A stretch of 64,000 bases of DNA from a virus (Duplodnaviria; Caudoviricetes): IMG/VR virus record IMGVR_UViG_3300031760_000033, positions 1-64,000 of that record; one strand, given 5' to 3'. Shown here piece after piece: positions 30,501 to 37,471 of the stretch (position 1 is its first letter; each line of letters begins with the position of its first letter). Made by a program: the position numbers and the translations under genes. The notes beneath the pieces were generated by a model. That model made no database searches. It had not been told where the DNA came from and saw only the letters and a program-made list of their open reading frames with translations.

Positions 30501-31217
30501 GGTTGTATGGCTCTCGTTGAGCTTTCGTCACTAATGAAGGAAAACGTGTTTCCTGATGACGACCTGTTCGCCGCGACTACGAAGGTGCCGCAGGGTCTCA
30601 AAGATACCGCCGGCATCATCTACCACCGCAACAGAGTTCTCGCTGGTACGACATACACGGGCGACGCCAGCACTCAGGATGACGATGTAAACTACGGCAT
30701 TGAGTTCAAGACTGACCCCGACATTGACGCTTCTCCCGGAAATGTCGCTTTGCAGATTTCCAAGATTAGAACATTTGCCACCAATACGTTATCTTCCTCT
30801 TATCCAAATGTTTACTCGCAGTACCTCTATCCTGCTGCAAGTATGGCATACGCATACGAGCCGAAGAAACCTGATGGTACGGATATTCCGGGTCTGCTTC
30901 CAAAGTTCAAGAAGCACCACTGGTATCTGCCGAGTTCCGGTGAACTGTGCCGCCTTGCATACTTCACCCTGATATGCTACAGCGGCTCGTCGTACTACGT
31001 CAGTCAGGCCAATGGCAACCCCTACGGCGACATATTTGCCAATGCTGTTGCCAATCTTGGAACGAGATTCAGTAGATTCAACACGTCGTCGAACTACTGG
31101 ACGTCCACGGAGTACTACACCAACAACGCTTGGTACGTCGACTTCACCAGTGGTGGCGTCGACGGCGGCGGCGGCAAGTACCGCTCGTTAGCAGTGAGGG
31201 CGTGTGCCGCGTTCTAA
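24561..31217 (+). CDS. DGR target: 2218-aa multidomain tail/adhesin protein with C-terminal C-type-lectin-fold (DUF1566-like) domain
   Basis: C-terminus WYLPSSGEL..YWTSTEY..NAWYVDF..VRACAAF contains the VR; internal LamG-like, CotH-like, LRR and Ig-like segments. Confidence 0.9.
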   Translation: MAYTNIDDLLNKVENEGMNEQGRLGASEFNRLAQAVKECQGGAKSVKFGGLDPIAPNDDGVVVIPMVSDSWTGSLRLQRKVIQDYEEVYVAVADDGSYLYKDTDVPVRFQFREYRIRTNDDTGDTEYQPSNKEVTVKILKPTLTGRQELYSFTYTAKAFASTEWLELNLQPYLSAGDNNLIFEVSNTSSGETPSVSFTIQAANLNLRVADDNNWNNTALVVGTDNSLTVEYYANGAVDRTLCVKFTGASGTTSTHRIFVPKATASTTVTSETFTATEDTVSFFSEGLKKVEAWIEAGEGDDIVTSNVVVNNIIAVQSGSTNKYVAIQGCIESMLNFEAATMFGYNIYTPEPPATVTFVIADSTKTNVYLEVPIANRTVNTLYEFASVLSIQSSLPSIHVYVFAKIDGTYVNSGNPLADFLVDNSEDFGAVEGADFYLNPMLRSNQEENPMRIINAMDNTVVTSDPSNFHNISFQPGVDGWVEQNNIRFLRLLAGSTLTIPYDIYSQFTDNSRHGLTIEIDFAVRNITNEEDPILTIGNRNASNPKGVYMKALNGAFMNRSNTSWDSADVSWQEGVRTRLVFNFQHNYNLVSAESGRGRAESATIAIIRAYINGVINREVRVADVSNANEINAGGDIVIGQSGCDIDIYGIRVYKRSITPEQVVKNYISTLPTVAEKKEIHDDNDILDNGVVSFEKALAAGYNCIVWHGTHISRRYKDNPKRYGYYEIYRHNADGTLDRAHSGIQYGVEGSGQGTTAMTYAEWNYSFKEDKKKGSGHDEYKYDVNGTLKNVFVDLDGVVAFGAAENKQKFGYQLKSGIPVAKKLVGKINYASPMQSHKMGACNLYNDLYASCVAGFGESGYSFDQTDCITDFSSGQRITVIEEPFLYFVQEVEGADNALKVFKGLSTFGPGKADKPTWGVTDASLLVGDSLVEGALNNNPLTDMRVPFVDTIDSATGRYVCEYQISNDKGDKVEAFVYAGAKNINWGFGDTLELHDSANVVWPGVREGDQTNADAPTTRQVKLWQPIFNFLYLMNTKIAPWKGPNGDGQNAKLSQLNIAVLSNSFDSSVAYWMIDSDAGEGYAKFDLFRCHYKADGTRQYVPAGIHLVQGQYTFENFACLYDLTASPTGVTGYSESDLWYDVSNPANDTRNITLNLQTELNAVKTKNGLTDVINYSADVDAVNTAMKKFICKIFRLYVDNNVYLNKKSVQFHHETMVLWAGTDNRSKNTYYRLNPYAVQTLNDTGHNWPNMEMNDDDLDTIFKTNNSGIQSKPYWVLESDADPVTGYHWEGQDNVLNNTLNDAYGYGFLETGDKQMELSNMMGRIFNAMVALANGQTMPDGTAVSADPIGCFDFYFFYIQKYFPAVAYNETARIRYEIPAVLYRSQAADDGGEDYPQDPISQSLGDQYDSEKEYIRKRVTMLAGYAGYRMSQFGFRGYAGSYAVALKPHQYIYPMHEVGDQRSSSPVRSMTRVAPGTTFNLSFDNNSATNGVYFYFIGSMREIGNIASWGNGTYSGEAETTAMAPNAARLVRFDMYSADAEGVVFNPRAGAFNLAACQNLEHIDVHNAYRLSGLDGLTNLVRLQDIDCRGTALTTLGLPSTPALVSLKLPATFEELNVQDCPNLATLQFDDYENLESFVIGGSTQVSTKEILMGVYGYNITQEANVIQTISLDGIAWTGVNWTFLEWLLTVTNLHITGTIAMSEGTAGQISFSLKKRLIERFGNVDSESNPLYIDYTRSTLSGISVSGDGYFDAVGEVKHYDLIPNAATGNTIQSYQWALSGANANMGSVDALGNVTCLAMGSEAAAPTATLTCTVTLTNGNILTASMDIRFYFRQAMVGDFVYHGGTWDNRYNASKEVIGICFMCDPITENGEVVGYDRRMCALKDIGAYQWGLYNNSTFGSNGFASDLKYDTNNDGTPDTSPFNVPYISELTSNGGKVQSNTVDCTSYSVGDNYQYVRFGTMIDPQTGDFFKYGNNVAFGCMALVELSSLMKENVFPDDDLFAATTKVPQGLKDTAGIIYHRNRVLAGTTYTGDASTQDDDVNYGIEFKTDPDIDASPGNVALQISKIRTFATNTLSSSYPNVYSQYLYPAASMAYAYEPKKPDGTDIPGLLPKFKKHHWYLPSSGELCRLAYFTLICYSGSSYYVSQANGNPYGDIFANAVANLGTRFSRFNTSSNYWTSTEYYTNNAWYVDFTSGGVDGGGGKYRSLAVRACAAF
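31081..31211 (+). repeat. DGR variable repeat (VR), 131 nt, including the 3' IMH
   Basis: Matches TR 31903-32030 with 17 substitutions, all opposite TR adenines, and one extra codon. Confidence 0.97.
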
Positions 31218-31229
31218 AGAATTAAAGAT

Positions 31230-31274
31230 GTCATCGTCCGGCTGGTCTTTGACGACCAGCCGGCGGACGATGAC
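31230..31274 (+). other. DGR post-VR hairpin/cruciform
   Basis: GTCATCGTCCG-GCTGGTC/TTTGAC/GACCAGC-CGG-CGGACGATGAC, 12 nt after the target stop codon. Confidence 0.85.
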
Positions 31275-31347
31275 TAAAAGACCATACAATAAAACAGAAA
31301 ATTTATCGTTACACTAAAAACCAATTAAAGAAAGGAGAAAATTTCTT

Positions 31348-31788
31348 GTGAAAGCGGAGCAGTCATCATTATACCGGTCTATTGAGAGACTACACCTGTG
31401 GGCGCTTGAAACTTTCGATAACGCTCCTAACAAGCCAGCGGTTCAGGCCGACATCAAGCTTGTTATGGAGAATATCATGCAAGCTCAATCCGCCACTAAT
31501 GTCGCTCTCAATCTCCCGGACGGCAAACAGAAATTAGACCTCCTCGACGTGGTGGTGATGAGCATGACTAATGTAAAATCTATCACAAGGGTACTGTCCG
31601 AGTTTTCGGACAAGCCAAACAAGAAGGACGCTGCGTCAACTGGCGAGACCGTCCTGAGTCCGTCGAGGACCCGTGTAATTTCCCGCAAACAGAGAGTTCC
31701 GTTAATTGAACTGATGACTGATATTAGTAATCAGCTGGGACGCTGGAAATCCAAGGTGGCGAAGATTTGCGCCACGAGTGAGCCGTAA
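31348..31788 (+). CDS. avd: DGR accessory variability determinant (four-helix bundle)
   Basis: 146 aa, basic and helical, between VR and TR; LYRSIERL and DISNQLGRW motifs; GTG start. Confidence 0.85.
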   Translation: MKAEQSSLYRSIERLHLWALETFDNAPNKPAVQADIKLVMENIMQAQSATNVALNLPDGKQKLDLLDVVVMSMTNVKSITRVLSEFSDKPNKKDAASTGETVLSPSRTRVISRKQRVPLIELMTDISNQLGRWKSKVAKICATSEP

Positions 31789-31808
31789 ACGCCTAAATAA
31801 CTGAGGTT

Positions 31809-33227
31809 ATGAGGGATGTTTCTTTTTTTGAATTGAACGGGCGTATGACTAACGAAGCCTTCGAGAAGGGCCGGTTAGTTAAGAATAAGGTACAATACGC
31901 ATACACGTCATCGAACTACTGGACGTCCACGGAGTACAACACCAACAACGCTTGGAACGTCAACTTCACCAATGGTAACGTCAACAACAACAACAAGTAC
32001 AACTCGTTAACAGTGAGGGCGTGTGCCGCGCTTGATGAAAAAAGAAAAGAGGCTTGGATAGTCGCATTTGATGACTGCTGCCGCCACAAGAAATCTTCCG
32101 ATAACTGCATCAGATACAGAGTAATATACGAAGAAGACCTGTTCATTCTCGCCGCCGAGGTTGAGACGGGCATCTACCAGCCTTCAATATCTGTATGTTT
32201 CTGTGTTACAAGACCTAAACTCAGAGAGGTATTTGCCGCAAACTTCCGAGACCGCATAGTCCACCATTGGCTCATGCTCAAACTCAACCCACTGTTCGAG
32301 CAGAGGTTCGAGGAGCAGGGTAATGTGAGCTTCAACTGCCGCAAGGGTTACGGCACGTTGCGGGCTGTATGGGCGCTCCGCGAGGATATGCGGATAGTCA
32401 GCGAGAACTACACCAGCGACGATTGCTACGTCGGCAGTTTTGACTTCATAGGCTTCTTTATGAGCGCCGACAAAGAGATTCTGCTGGCCCAGCTCAAATG
32501 GTTCGTGTATGAGAAATACAAGGAGCCCGATGTCGATATAGTGTGGAGGACTCTTGAGGTAGTGGTCAGGCACAACCCTGCAAAAAACTGCGTAAAGCAC
32601 GGGAATATACATCTTTTCGACGAGCTGCCTCCGCATAAAACTCTGTTCAAGACTCCAGACGGTAAAGGTATGCCGATTGGCAACCTCACCTCTCAAATAC
32701 TGCTGAACTTCTACCTGTCGTTCTTCGACGAGAAGATGATTGCGTTCTGCAAAAAGCGTGGTGGCCGGTACGAGCGTTTCGTTGACGACTTCACCGTCGT
32801 CATGAAGCGTGTCGAGGATGTCGTGGCCGCGTTCAGGTATGCCGACGAGATTGCAACATCTATGCTGAAAATCAACTTGCACAAAGACAAGGTATATATC
32901 CAGCACTACTCGAAGGGCGTAAAGTTCGTCGGTTACGTCATCAAGTTCAACCGGGTGTACCTCTCCAACAGGACATACGGCGGTTTTCAGAACTGTGTAG
33001 TTCATGCGGCTCGCGTATGCCAGTCCGAGAAGATAGACATCGCGGAGCTGGCCCATATCGCGTCCTCGCTTAACTCATACGTCGGCTTTACCTGCCACAC
33101 CAATGGGTACGCCATGACGACAAAGATACTCTACTCCGAGTCTGCCTTAGGCAGATGCTTCTACTTCAAGACGAAGCGACAAGTGGTAAAAATCAAGAAA
33201 GAATATAAAATACAACCTGTTATATGA
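31809..33227 (+). CDS. DGR reverse transcriptase
   Basis: PKLREVFAANFRDRIVHH, CRKGYGT, GMPIGNLTSQ, RFVDD, GVKFVGY; start codon uncertain. Confidence 0.95.
   Translation: MRDVSFFELNGRMTNEAFEKGRLVKNKVQYAYTSSNYWTSTEYNTNNAWNVNFTNGNVNNNNKYNSLTVRACAALDEKRKEAWIVAFDDCCRHKKSSDNCIRYRVIYEEDLFILAAEVETGIYQPSISVCFCVTRPKLREVFAANFRDRIVHHWLMLKLNPLFEQRFEEQGNVSFNCRKGYGTLRAVWALREDMRIVSENYTSDDCYVGSFDFIGFFMSADKEILLAQLKWFVYEKYKEPDVDIVWRTLEVVVRHNPAKNCVKHGNIHLFDELPPHKTLFKTPDGKGMPIGNLTSQILLNFYLSFFDEKMIAFCKKRGGRYERFVDDFTVVMKRVEDVVAAFRYADEIATSMLKINLHKDKVYIQHYSKGVKFVGYVIKFNRVYLSNRTYGGFQNCVVHAARVCQSEKIDIAELAHIASSLNSYVGFTCHTNGYAMTTKILYSESALGRCFYFKTKRQVVKIKKEYKIQPVI
31903..32030 (+). repeat. DGR template repeat (TR), 128 nt
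   Basis: AAC-rich copy of the VR; lies inside the 5' end of the RT ORF. Confidence 0.97.
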
Positions 33228-33592
33228 AAGTTATAGAGAAAAGAGGCTCCGAGCAACCCTCGCTGTACGAAATCAAACAAAATGCTGGCACGACTCAGTT
33301 GCTCATCAATGTCGATGTCAGGCAGGAACAGGTCGCCGGGCCGGAATCCGGTGAAGACCAATGGGTGTGGAACGCCCTTACGTTTGCTCCGGGCGAACAT
33401 TCCTATGGCGCCATCGTTGATGCGCTAATTCAACATGAGTACCCGTACTCTCGAATGGAAGCTGTAAGAAACAATCACGACATCGGCACACATATCGAGG
33501 AATGGGAAGCCATGCAGGAGTATCGCAAGTATGCCAAGCAGCTTGCCAGAACCATTGTCAATGAATTTGAACCTAATCCAGAGGAGGAATAA
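33224..33592 (+). CDS. Hypothetical protein, possible tail-fibre assembly protein
   Basis: ATGA overlap with the RT stop; YGAIVDALI and EAMQEYRKYAK pattern. Confidence 0.45.
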   Translation: MKVIEKRGSEQPSLYEIKQNAGTTQLLINVDVRQEQVAGPESGEDQWVWNALTFAPGEHSYGAIVDALIQHEYPYSRMEAVRNNHDIGTHIEEWEAMQEYRKYAKQLARTIVNEFEPNPEEE

Positions 33593-33595
33593 GTC

Positions 33596-34060
33596 ATGGG
33601 AAGAAGCTCACAGTATAACCACTATTTCCAGCGTATTGACATTCCGGGCCAGAACGTCATCGACATCGAAGAGTATTTCCCCGGCCTGTTGTACGAAAAA
33701 GCAGATGGAATCAACAATATCGGGAAGACCAAGAATGTCTATACCGAGGAGTATGCCGACAGCGACCGCAAGCGGTATTTCCTGCCGGACGACAACAACT
33801 ATGCCAACGAGGGCACGGAGGTTACGATGACATTCCTTGTCGTCGGCACCCCGGTTGAGAGAGAGACCATCATCCACAATTTCTTCGAGTATATCCGCAA
33901 GGGTGTACACCGCTATTGGGACAACGCCCGCAACCGGGAGTTCGACTTCATAGTAACGAAGGAGTTGAAGGTGGGAGAGGAGCGCTGGCACGGAAGCAAT
34001 CCCTATGCCGAGTTGACGGTCCACATGCAGAACCTCAACGGCTGCACCAGACCTCACTAG
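33596..34060 (+). CDS. Putative distal tail (Dit-like) protein
   Basis: 154 aa, beta-rich; KNVYTEEYADSD..EVTMTFL..RYWDNARNREF; last gene of the late operon. Confidence 0.4.
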   Translation: MGRSSQYNHYFQRIDIPGQNVIDIEEYFPGLLYEKADGINNIGKTKNVYTEEYADSDRKRYFLPDDNNYANEGTEVTMTFLVVGTPVERETIIHNFFEYIRKGVHRYWDNARNREFDFIVTKELKVGEERWHGSNPYAELTVHMQNLNGCTRPH

Positions 34061-34099
34061 ACCCTTTTCTTCATACTTTTATATATACCTTCTTTCATG

Positions 34100-34135
34100 G
34101 AAAACGGGACCTCAGTCAGTCCCGTTTTCTTTTCT
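34100..34135. terminator. Terminator between convergent late and early transcription units
   Basis: Perfect 11-bp stem GAAAACGGGAC/GTCCCGTTTTC followed by TTTT. Confidence 0.8.
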
Positions 34136-34462
34136 CAGCCGGTAGGCTAAGTCTTCGATTTCCGTTCTCTTGAAGCCTACGCTCATGTTGTTCAGCTTGA
34201 CTTGTTCGATGCAGTGGAGCCGGCAGATGTCTTTGAACTTGTTTCTGTTCCTGATGCCGAGCATTTCCATTGCCTCGTCGTAGTTCAGAAGGGAGGTCTT
34301 GTCGTAGAACCCTCGGCTCTCCGCGTTGAACCTTCCTATCATTGCCATTGCGTCGGCCTCGCTGCATTGGTCGTTGTCAATCATTTCGACCGCGTGTAGG
34401 AGGAGTGAGCGCAGGTACTTCAATATCACGGGCTTTTCTTTTCCTTTAGTTTCGGTTCCCAT
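34112..34462 (-). CDS. HTH / excisionase-like DNA-binding protein
   Basis: LLNYDEAMEMLGI..GFKRTEIEDL. Confidence 0.55.
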   Translation of the reverse strand: MGTETKGKEKPVILKYLRSLLLHAVEMIDNDQCSEADAMAMIGRFNAESRGFYDKTSLLNYDEAMEMLGIRNRNKFKDICRLHCIEQVKLNNMSVGFKRTEIEDLAYRLRKENGTD

Positions 34463-34818
34463 ATTTTCTTCAATCTTTTTACCCTGATGTAGTGGTTGAT
34501 GGCCATGCAGGTCGTGGTGAGCAGTCCTATAGCTATTATGATAGCCGGGACGAACACCATGAAATTGACAGGGAATATATCAAAGAGATTGTCGAAGCAG
34601 ACGATGGTGTCCGATACAAAGATGCCATAGGCCGTCCACTTGATGTATTTGCAATGATATACTCCCTGCTTCGATATGCAAAGACACAGGCATAATTCAA
34701 ACAGCAGGTAGTAGGTCTGCGACCAGATGTTTGTGCCTATAGCAATTTCTACGACATAGCACAATATCAAGTAGATTGCTACTGCGATTACTGTGAATCT
34801 TACTGCGAATTTGCTCAT
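34426..34818 (-). CDS. Membrane protein
   Basis: Four hydrophobic segments in 130 aa. Confidence 0.6.
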   Translation of the reverse strand: MSKFAVRFTVIAVAIYLILCYVVEIAIGTNIWSQTYYLLFELCLCLCISKQGVYHCKYIKWTAYGIFVSDTIVCFDNLFDIFPVNFMVFVPAIIIAIGLLTTTCMAINHYIRVKRLKKIWEPKLKEKKSP

Positions 34819-34878
34819 TTCTTTTTCATTTCTGCTTTAACTACTACACCTTTTTCAATGATGGTGTTGTGAGCCGTC

Positions 34879-35529
34879 CTATTCGGCTTTGCCTTCACCT
34901 TGGCCTTGGTTTTCACCTTGGCCCTCGATTTGCTCTTTGCCATAGCCCATGCGTTTTTCGTATTCTTTACCTTGTTTTTCAAGCCCGGTGGCGAAATTCT
35001 CCATCAGCTCGTTTATGCCGACGATAAACTTGTCGTACTCCGGGTTCTCGGAGTCGAGAGTCGGCACCTCGCCCATCTTCTGCAACAGCAGCATGTATCT
35101 CGAAGCGACCTCGGCGATGGTGATGGTGGCGTCAAAATTGTTGAATATGAACATAGGCAGACGAAACACCATTTCCACGGCGCCGTTCCAAGTATCGACG
35201 TCCTCTTTGGTCAGGCCCTCCGGCAGCGGGTCAATCTTGCCGTCCATGAGTAGCTGTATTACCCCACAGGTGTTCATCAGCTTCTCATCAACGAGGACGC
35301 TGTAGCCTCCGTGGTAGTGGAGAAGGTATCCGTTCTTGGTCTTGTGGACTTTGGCGAACTGCAAGTCCTTCGTTGCTTCAATGTCCTTCTCGCCGACATG
35401 AAATGGGCTGAGGATATTGGCGTGGTCGATTTCTTCCTCGGTGAGCTGGTCGAGGAGCTTCCGGGTCTCGATGGGGTCTTTGCTCAACCCCACGAGTTTC
35501 TCTCTTAACTGGATGATACTGTCTGTCAT
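34879..35529 (-). CDS. Hypothetical protein
   Basis: 216-aa ORF in operon. Confidence 0.6.
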   Translation of the reverse strand: MTDSIIQLREKLVGLSKDPIETRKLLDQLTEEEIDHANILSPFHVGEKDIEATKDLQFAKVHKTKNGYLLHYHGGYSVLVDEKLMNTCGVIQLLMDGKIDPLPEGLTKEDVDTWNGAVEMVFRLPMFIFNNFDATITIAEVASRYMLLLQKMGEVPTLDSENPEYDKFIVGINELMENFATGLEKQGKEYEKRMGYGKEQIEGQGENQGQGEGKAE

Positions 35530-35532
35530 GGT

Positions 35533-35961
35533 TTATTCCTCCATTGCGTTGAGTTGCTGAAATACTGCGGCCTTGACTATTTCTCTGTTAAGGTCGGCGA
35601 TACTGGCATTCTCGAAGTCGATTTCGTAGGGAAGGTGAAGCGACTGGAGATAGTTGATACGACCGTTGCGGTCTTCCTTGTCGGAAAACTTCTTGATGTT
35701 CGCACGGTCGATTTTGTTGTAGGGGTACACCTCCTCTACATGCAGGATGGGCGACGTAGCGCCGTTGATGTAGGTAACGGTGTAGGTCAGGTCCGGGTTA
35801 CGTTTCACAATGCCGAAGCCGTAACTGCCGTCAATAAGTTTGATTTTGCCGATGCCTTCAATCCAGATGAAGTTTTCCGGGTCCATTTTGGCGGGCAGCT
35901 TCGTTAGCTGGGCCTTATCCAAAGCGTCAGCGAGAAGTCTCTGTTCGTACTCTGATAACAT
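35533..35961 (-). CDS. Hypothetical protein
   Basis: 142-aa ORF in operon. Confidence 0.6.
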   Translation of the reverse strand: MLSEYEQRLLADALDKAQLTKLPAKMDPENFIWIEGIGKIKLIDGSYGFGIVKRNPDLTYTVTYINGATSPILHVEEVYPYNKIDRANIKKFSDKEDRNGRINYLQSLHLPYEIDFENASIADLNREIVKAAVFQQLNAMEE

Positions 35962-35973
35962 ATTGATTTGTAT

Positions 35974-36261
35974 TTAACCATTAAGAATTTCCATCAAGTC
36001 TTTGTAGTCTTTTGCCAGCTTGCCTTTCCCTTTTATTTTGGGCGTGGAGTGCTGGAGCCTATAGCTGATGTTCCGGGCAGTCATACTAAACTCTTTTGCT
36101 ATAGTTACAATCTTCATGTGCAGCACATTGCGGTACATATAGATTACCATGTCTTTTGCTATATTGTCTGGGTAGTTCTGGTTGAATTTGGCCAGTATAT
36201 CTTTGTATCTTACATTGTAGTAAGCCTCTATGGTCCTAACTATGTCTTCTTGTATAATCAC
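35974..36261 (-). CDS. DnaA domain IV-like HTH protein
   Basis: IVRTIEAYYNV..DIL..AKDMVIYM..IAKEF..RNI; GTG start downstream of the promoter. Confidence 0.55.
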   Translation of the reverse strand: MIIQEDIVRTIEAYYNVRYKDILAKFNQNYPDNIAKDMVIYMYRNVLHMKIVTIAKEFSMTARNISYRLQHSTPKIKGKGKLAKDYKDLMEILNG

Positions 36262-36279
36262 AGGTGTCGAAATTTGGTG

Positions 36280-36287
36280 CAAAGATA
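36280..36287 (-). promoter_or_regulatory. Bacteroidota -7 promoter element
   Basis: TATCTTTG on - strand (TGCGTATCTTTGCACC). Confidence 0.65.
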
Positions 36288-36399
36288 CGCAAATATCTTG
36301 AAACATGAAAAGATTTTTTCATCAATATTTGCTAATATTTTCTATAGTAGTGATTTAGTGCGAGTAATGTATTGCGTAGTATTTGGTGATATTCGTTAG

Positions 36400-36407
36400 T
36401 ATCTTTG
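36400..36407 (+). promoter_or_regulatory. Bacteroidota -7 promoter element
   Basis: TATCTTTG 16 nt before the lone + strand gene at 36424. Confidence 0.65.
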
Positions 36408-36423
36408 CAAAAACGATTGAGAT

Positions 36424-36807
36424 ATGATAGCACGGGATGTTATTTTGCATGATTACGCTTGGGTAATAACCCTTTTCTTGGACTGCGACACCGACGATGC
36501 GGAGAAGCTGGACGAGTTGCTGTCGGACTACGACCTGACAGAGGAGTTTGTGGAGAAGGTCGGCTGCGGGTATAAAAATATTCACCTTGTCCGGTACAAC
36601 TACGAACAAGGTGAGAGTGTGATTGTTGTTTCCAAGACCACGGATGAGGATGAGTTGCTTGCCATATTGCAGCGCTGTCTTGTTAATACTGCCATTGATA
36701 TGGCGACGTTATTGGGGATGCCGGTTTCCGACATGGTGCCTGATGTGGTGGCTAGGGTGTCGGTCCATACATCCCCAATCGTCATGCCATTGCTTAACCC
36801 TGAATAG
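36424..36807 (+). CDS. Paralog of the HExxH peptidase at 63250-63666, lacking the zinc motif
   Basis: By-eye alignment over its full length; HEVFH is replaced by RCLVN. Confidence 0.65.
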   Translation: MIARDVILHDYAWVITLFLDCDTDDAEKLDELLSDYDLTEEFVEKVGCGYKNIHLVRYNYEQGESVIVVSKTTDEDELLAILQRCLVNTAIDMATLLGMPVSDMVPDVVARVSVHTSPIVMPLLNPE

Positions 36808-37084
36808 GCAGCTTCTTCATCTTGCGGATGACGTCCTTTGAGAACTTGGCGTGGGGCGCATAGTGAGCCGGCAGGATGATGGCCTGTTTCTTGCTGATGT
36901 TCTGGCCAATCTTCTCGGCGCGTTTCTTCGGGGCCAGAGTGAACAGGCCACGGATGTAGATTGCGTTACCTTTGCAGAGGTTCTCGCGGATGACGTTGAT
37001 AGCTTCGTCGAGGACGACGCGGGTTGCGGTTTTTTCGACGCCGGTGCGCTGGCTGACGGCATCAATGATTTCTTGCTTTGTCAT
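36794..37084 (-). CDS. HU/IHF-family DNA-binding protein
   Basis: MTKQEIIDAVSQRTG..IRGLFTLAPKKRAEKIGQNI..PHAKFSK. Confidence 0.9.
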   Translation of the reverse strand: MTKQEIIDAVSQRTGVEKTATRVVLDEAINVIRENLCKGNAIYIRGLFTLAPKKRAEKIGQNISKKQAIILPAHYAPHAKFSKDVIRKMKKLPIQG

Positions 37085-37111
37085 AATGCTTGAAATTTGT
37101 TGGTGAATAAA

Positions 37112-37471
37112 TTAAATGTTGTTTTGAATAAAATCGTCTGTGTTCATTTCCTGCGGCTGGGAGTCTGTTTTTGCGTCCACCTTTATCATGCCTCCTATCT
37201 GGTGGTTGGCAAAGGCTTCGAGCTGTGCGGCAGACAGCTTCCTCACCGCTTCACGGGGGATAAATTTCATCAGGAAGTGTGTGAACCGGGCCTTCGGGTT
37301 GCGGTAAGCGAAGGCCCGGAACCACAGCTGCAATTCGTCTTTCCACTGGACTATTCCGTTGGCCGCAATGGGTACGAATATTCCTTTCTCGACATTGCCG
37401 TCATGCTCGATTTCGATGACTTTCGTGCCGATTAGGGAATTGAAGTCCAATTTTCCGACGTAGTGTCCCAT
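37112..37471 (-). CDS. Hypothetical protein (possible OB-fold)
   Basis: 119 aa; KGIFVPI motif, acidic tail. Confidence 0.55.
   Translation of the reverse strand: MGHYVGKLDFNSLIGTKVIEIEHDGNVEKGIFVPIAANGIVQWKDELQLWFRAFAYRNPKARFTHFLMKFIPREAVRKLSAAQLEAFANHQIGGMIKVDAKTDSQPQEMNTDDFIQNNI

Noticed and set aside
32184-33056. 290-aa antisense ORF nested in the RT gene
   Set aside because: No recognisable motifs; similar antisense ORFs shadow most C-ending-codon genes here, so it is best explained as a codon-bias artefact
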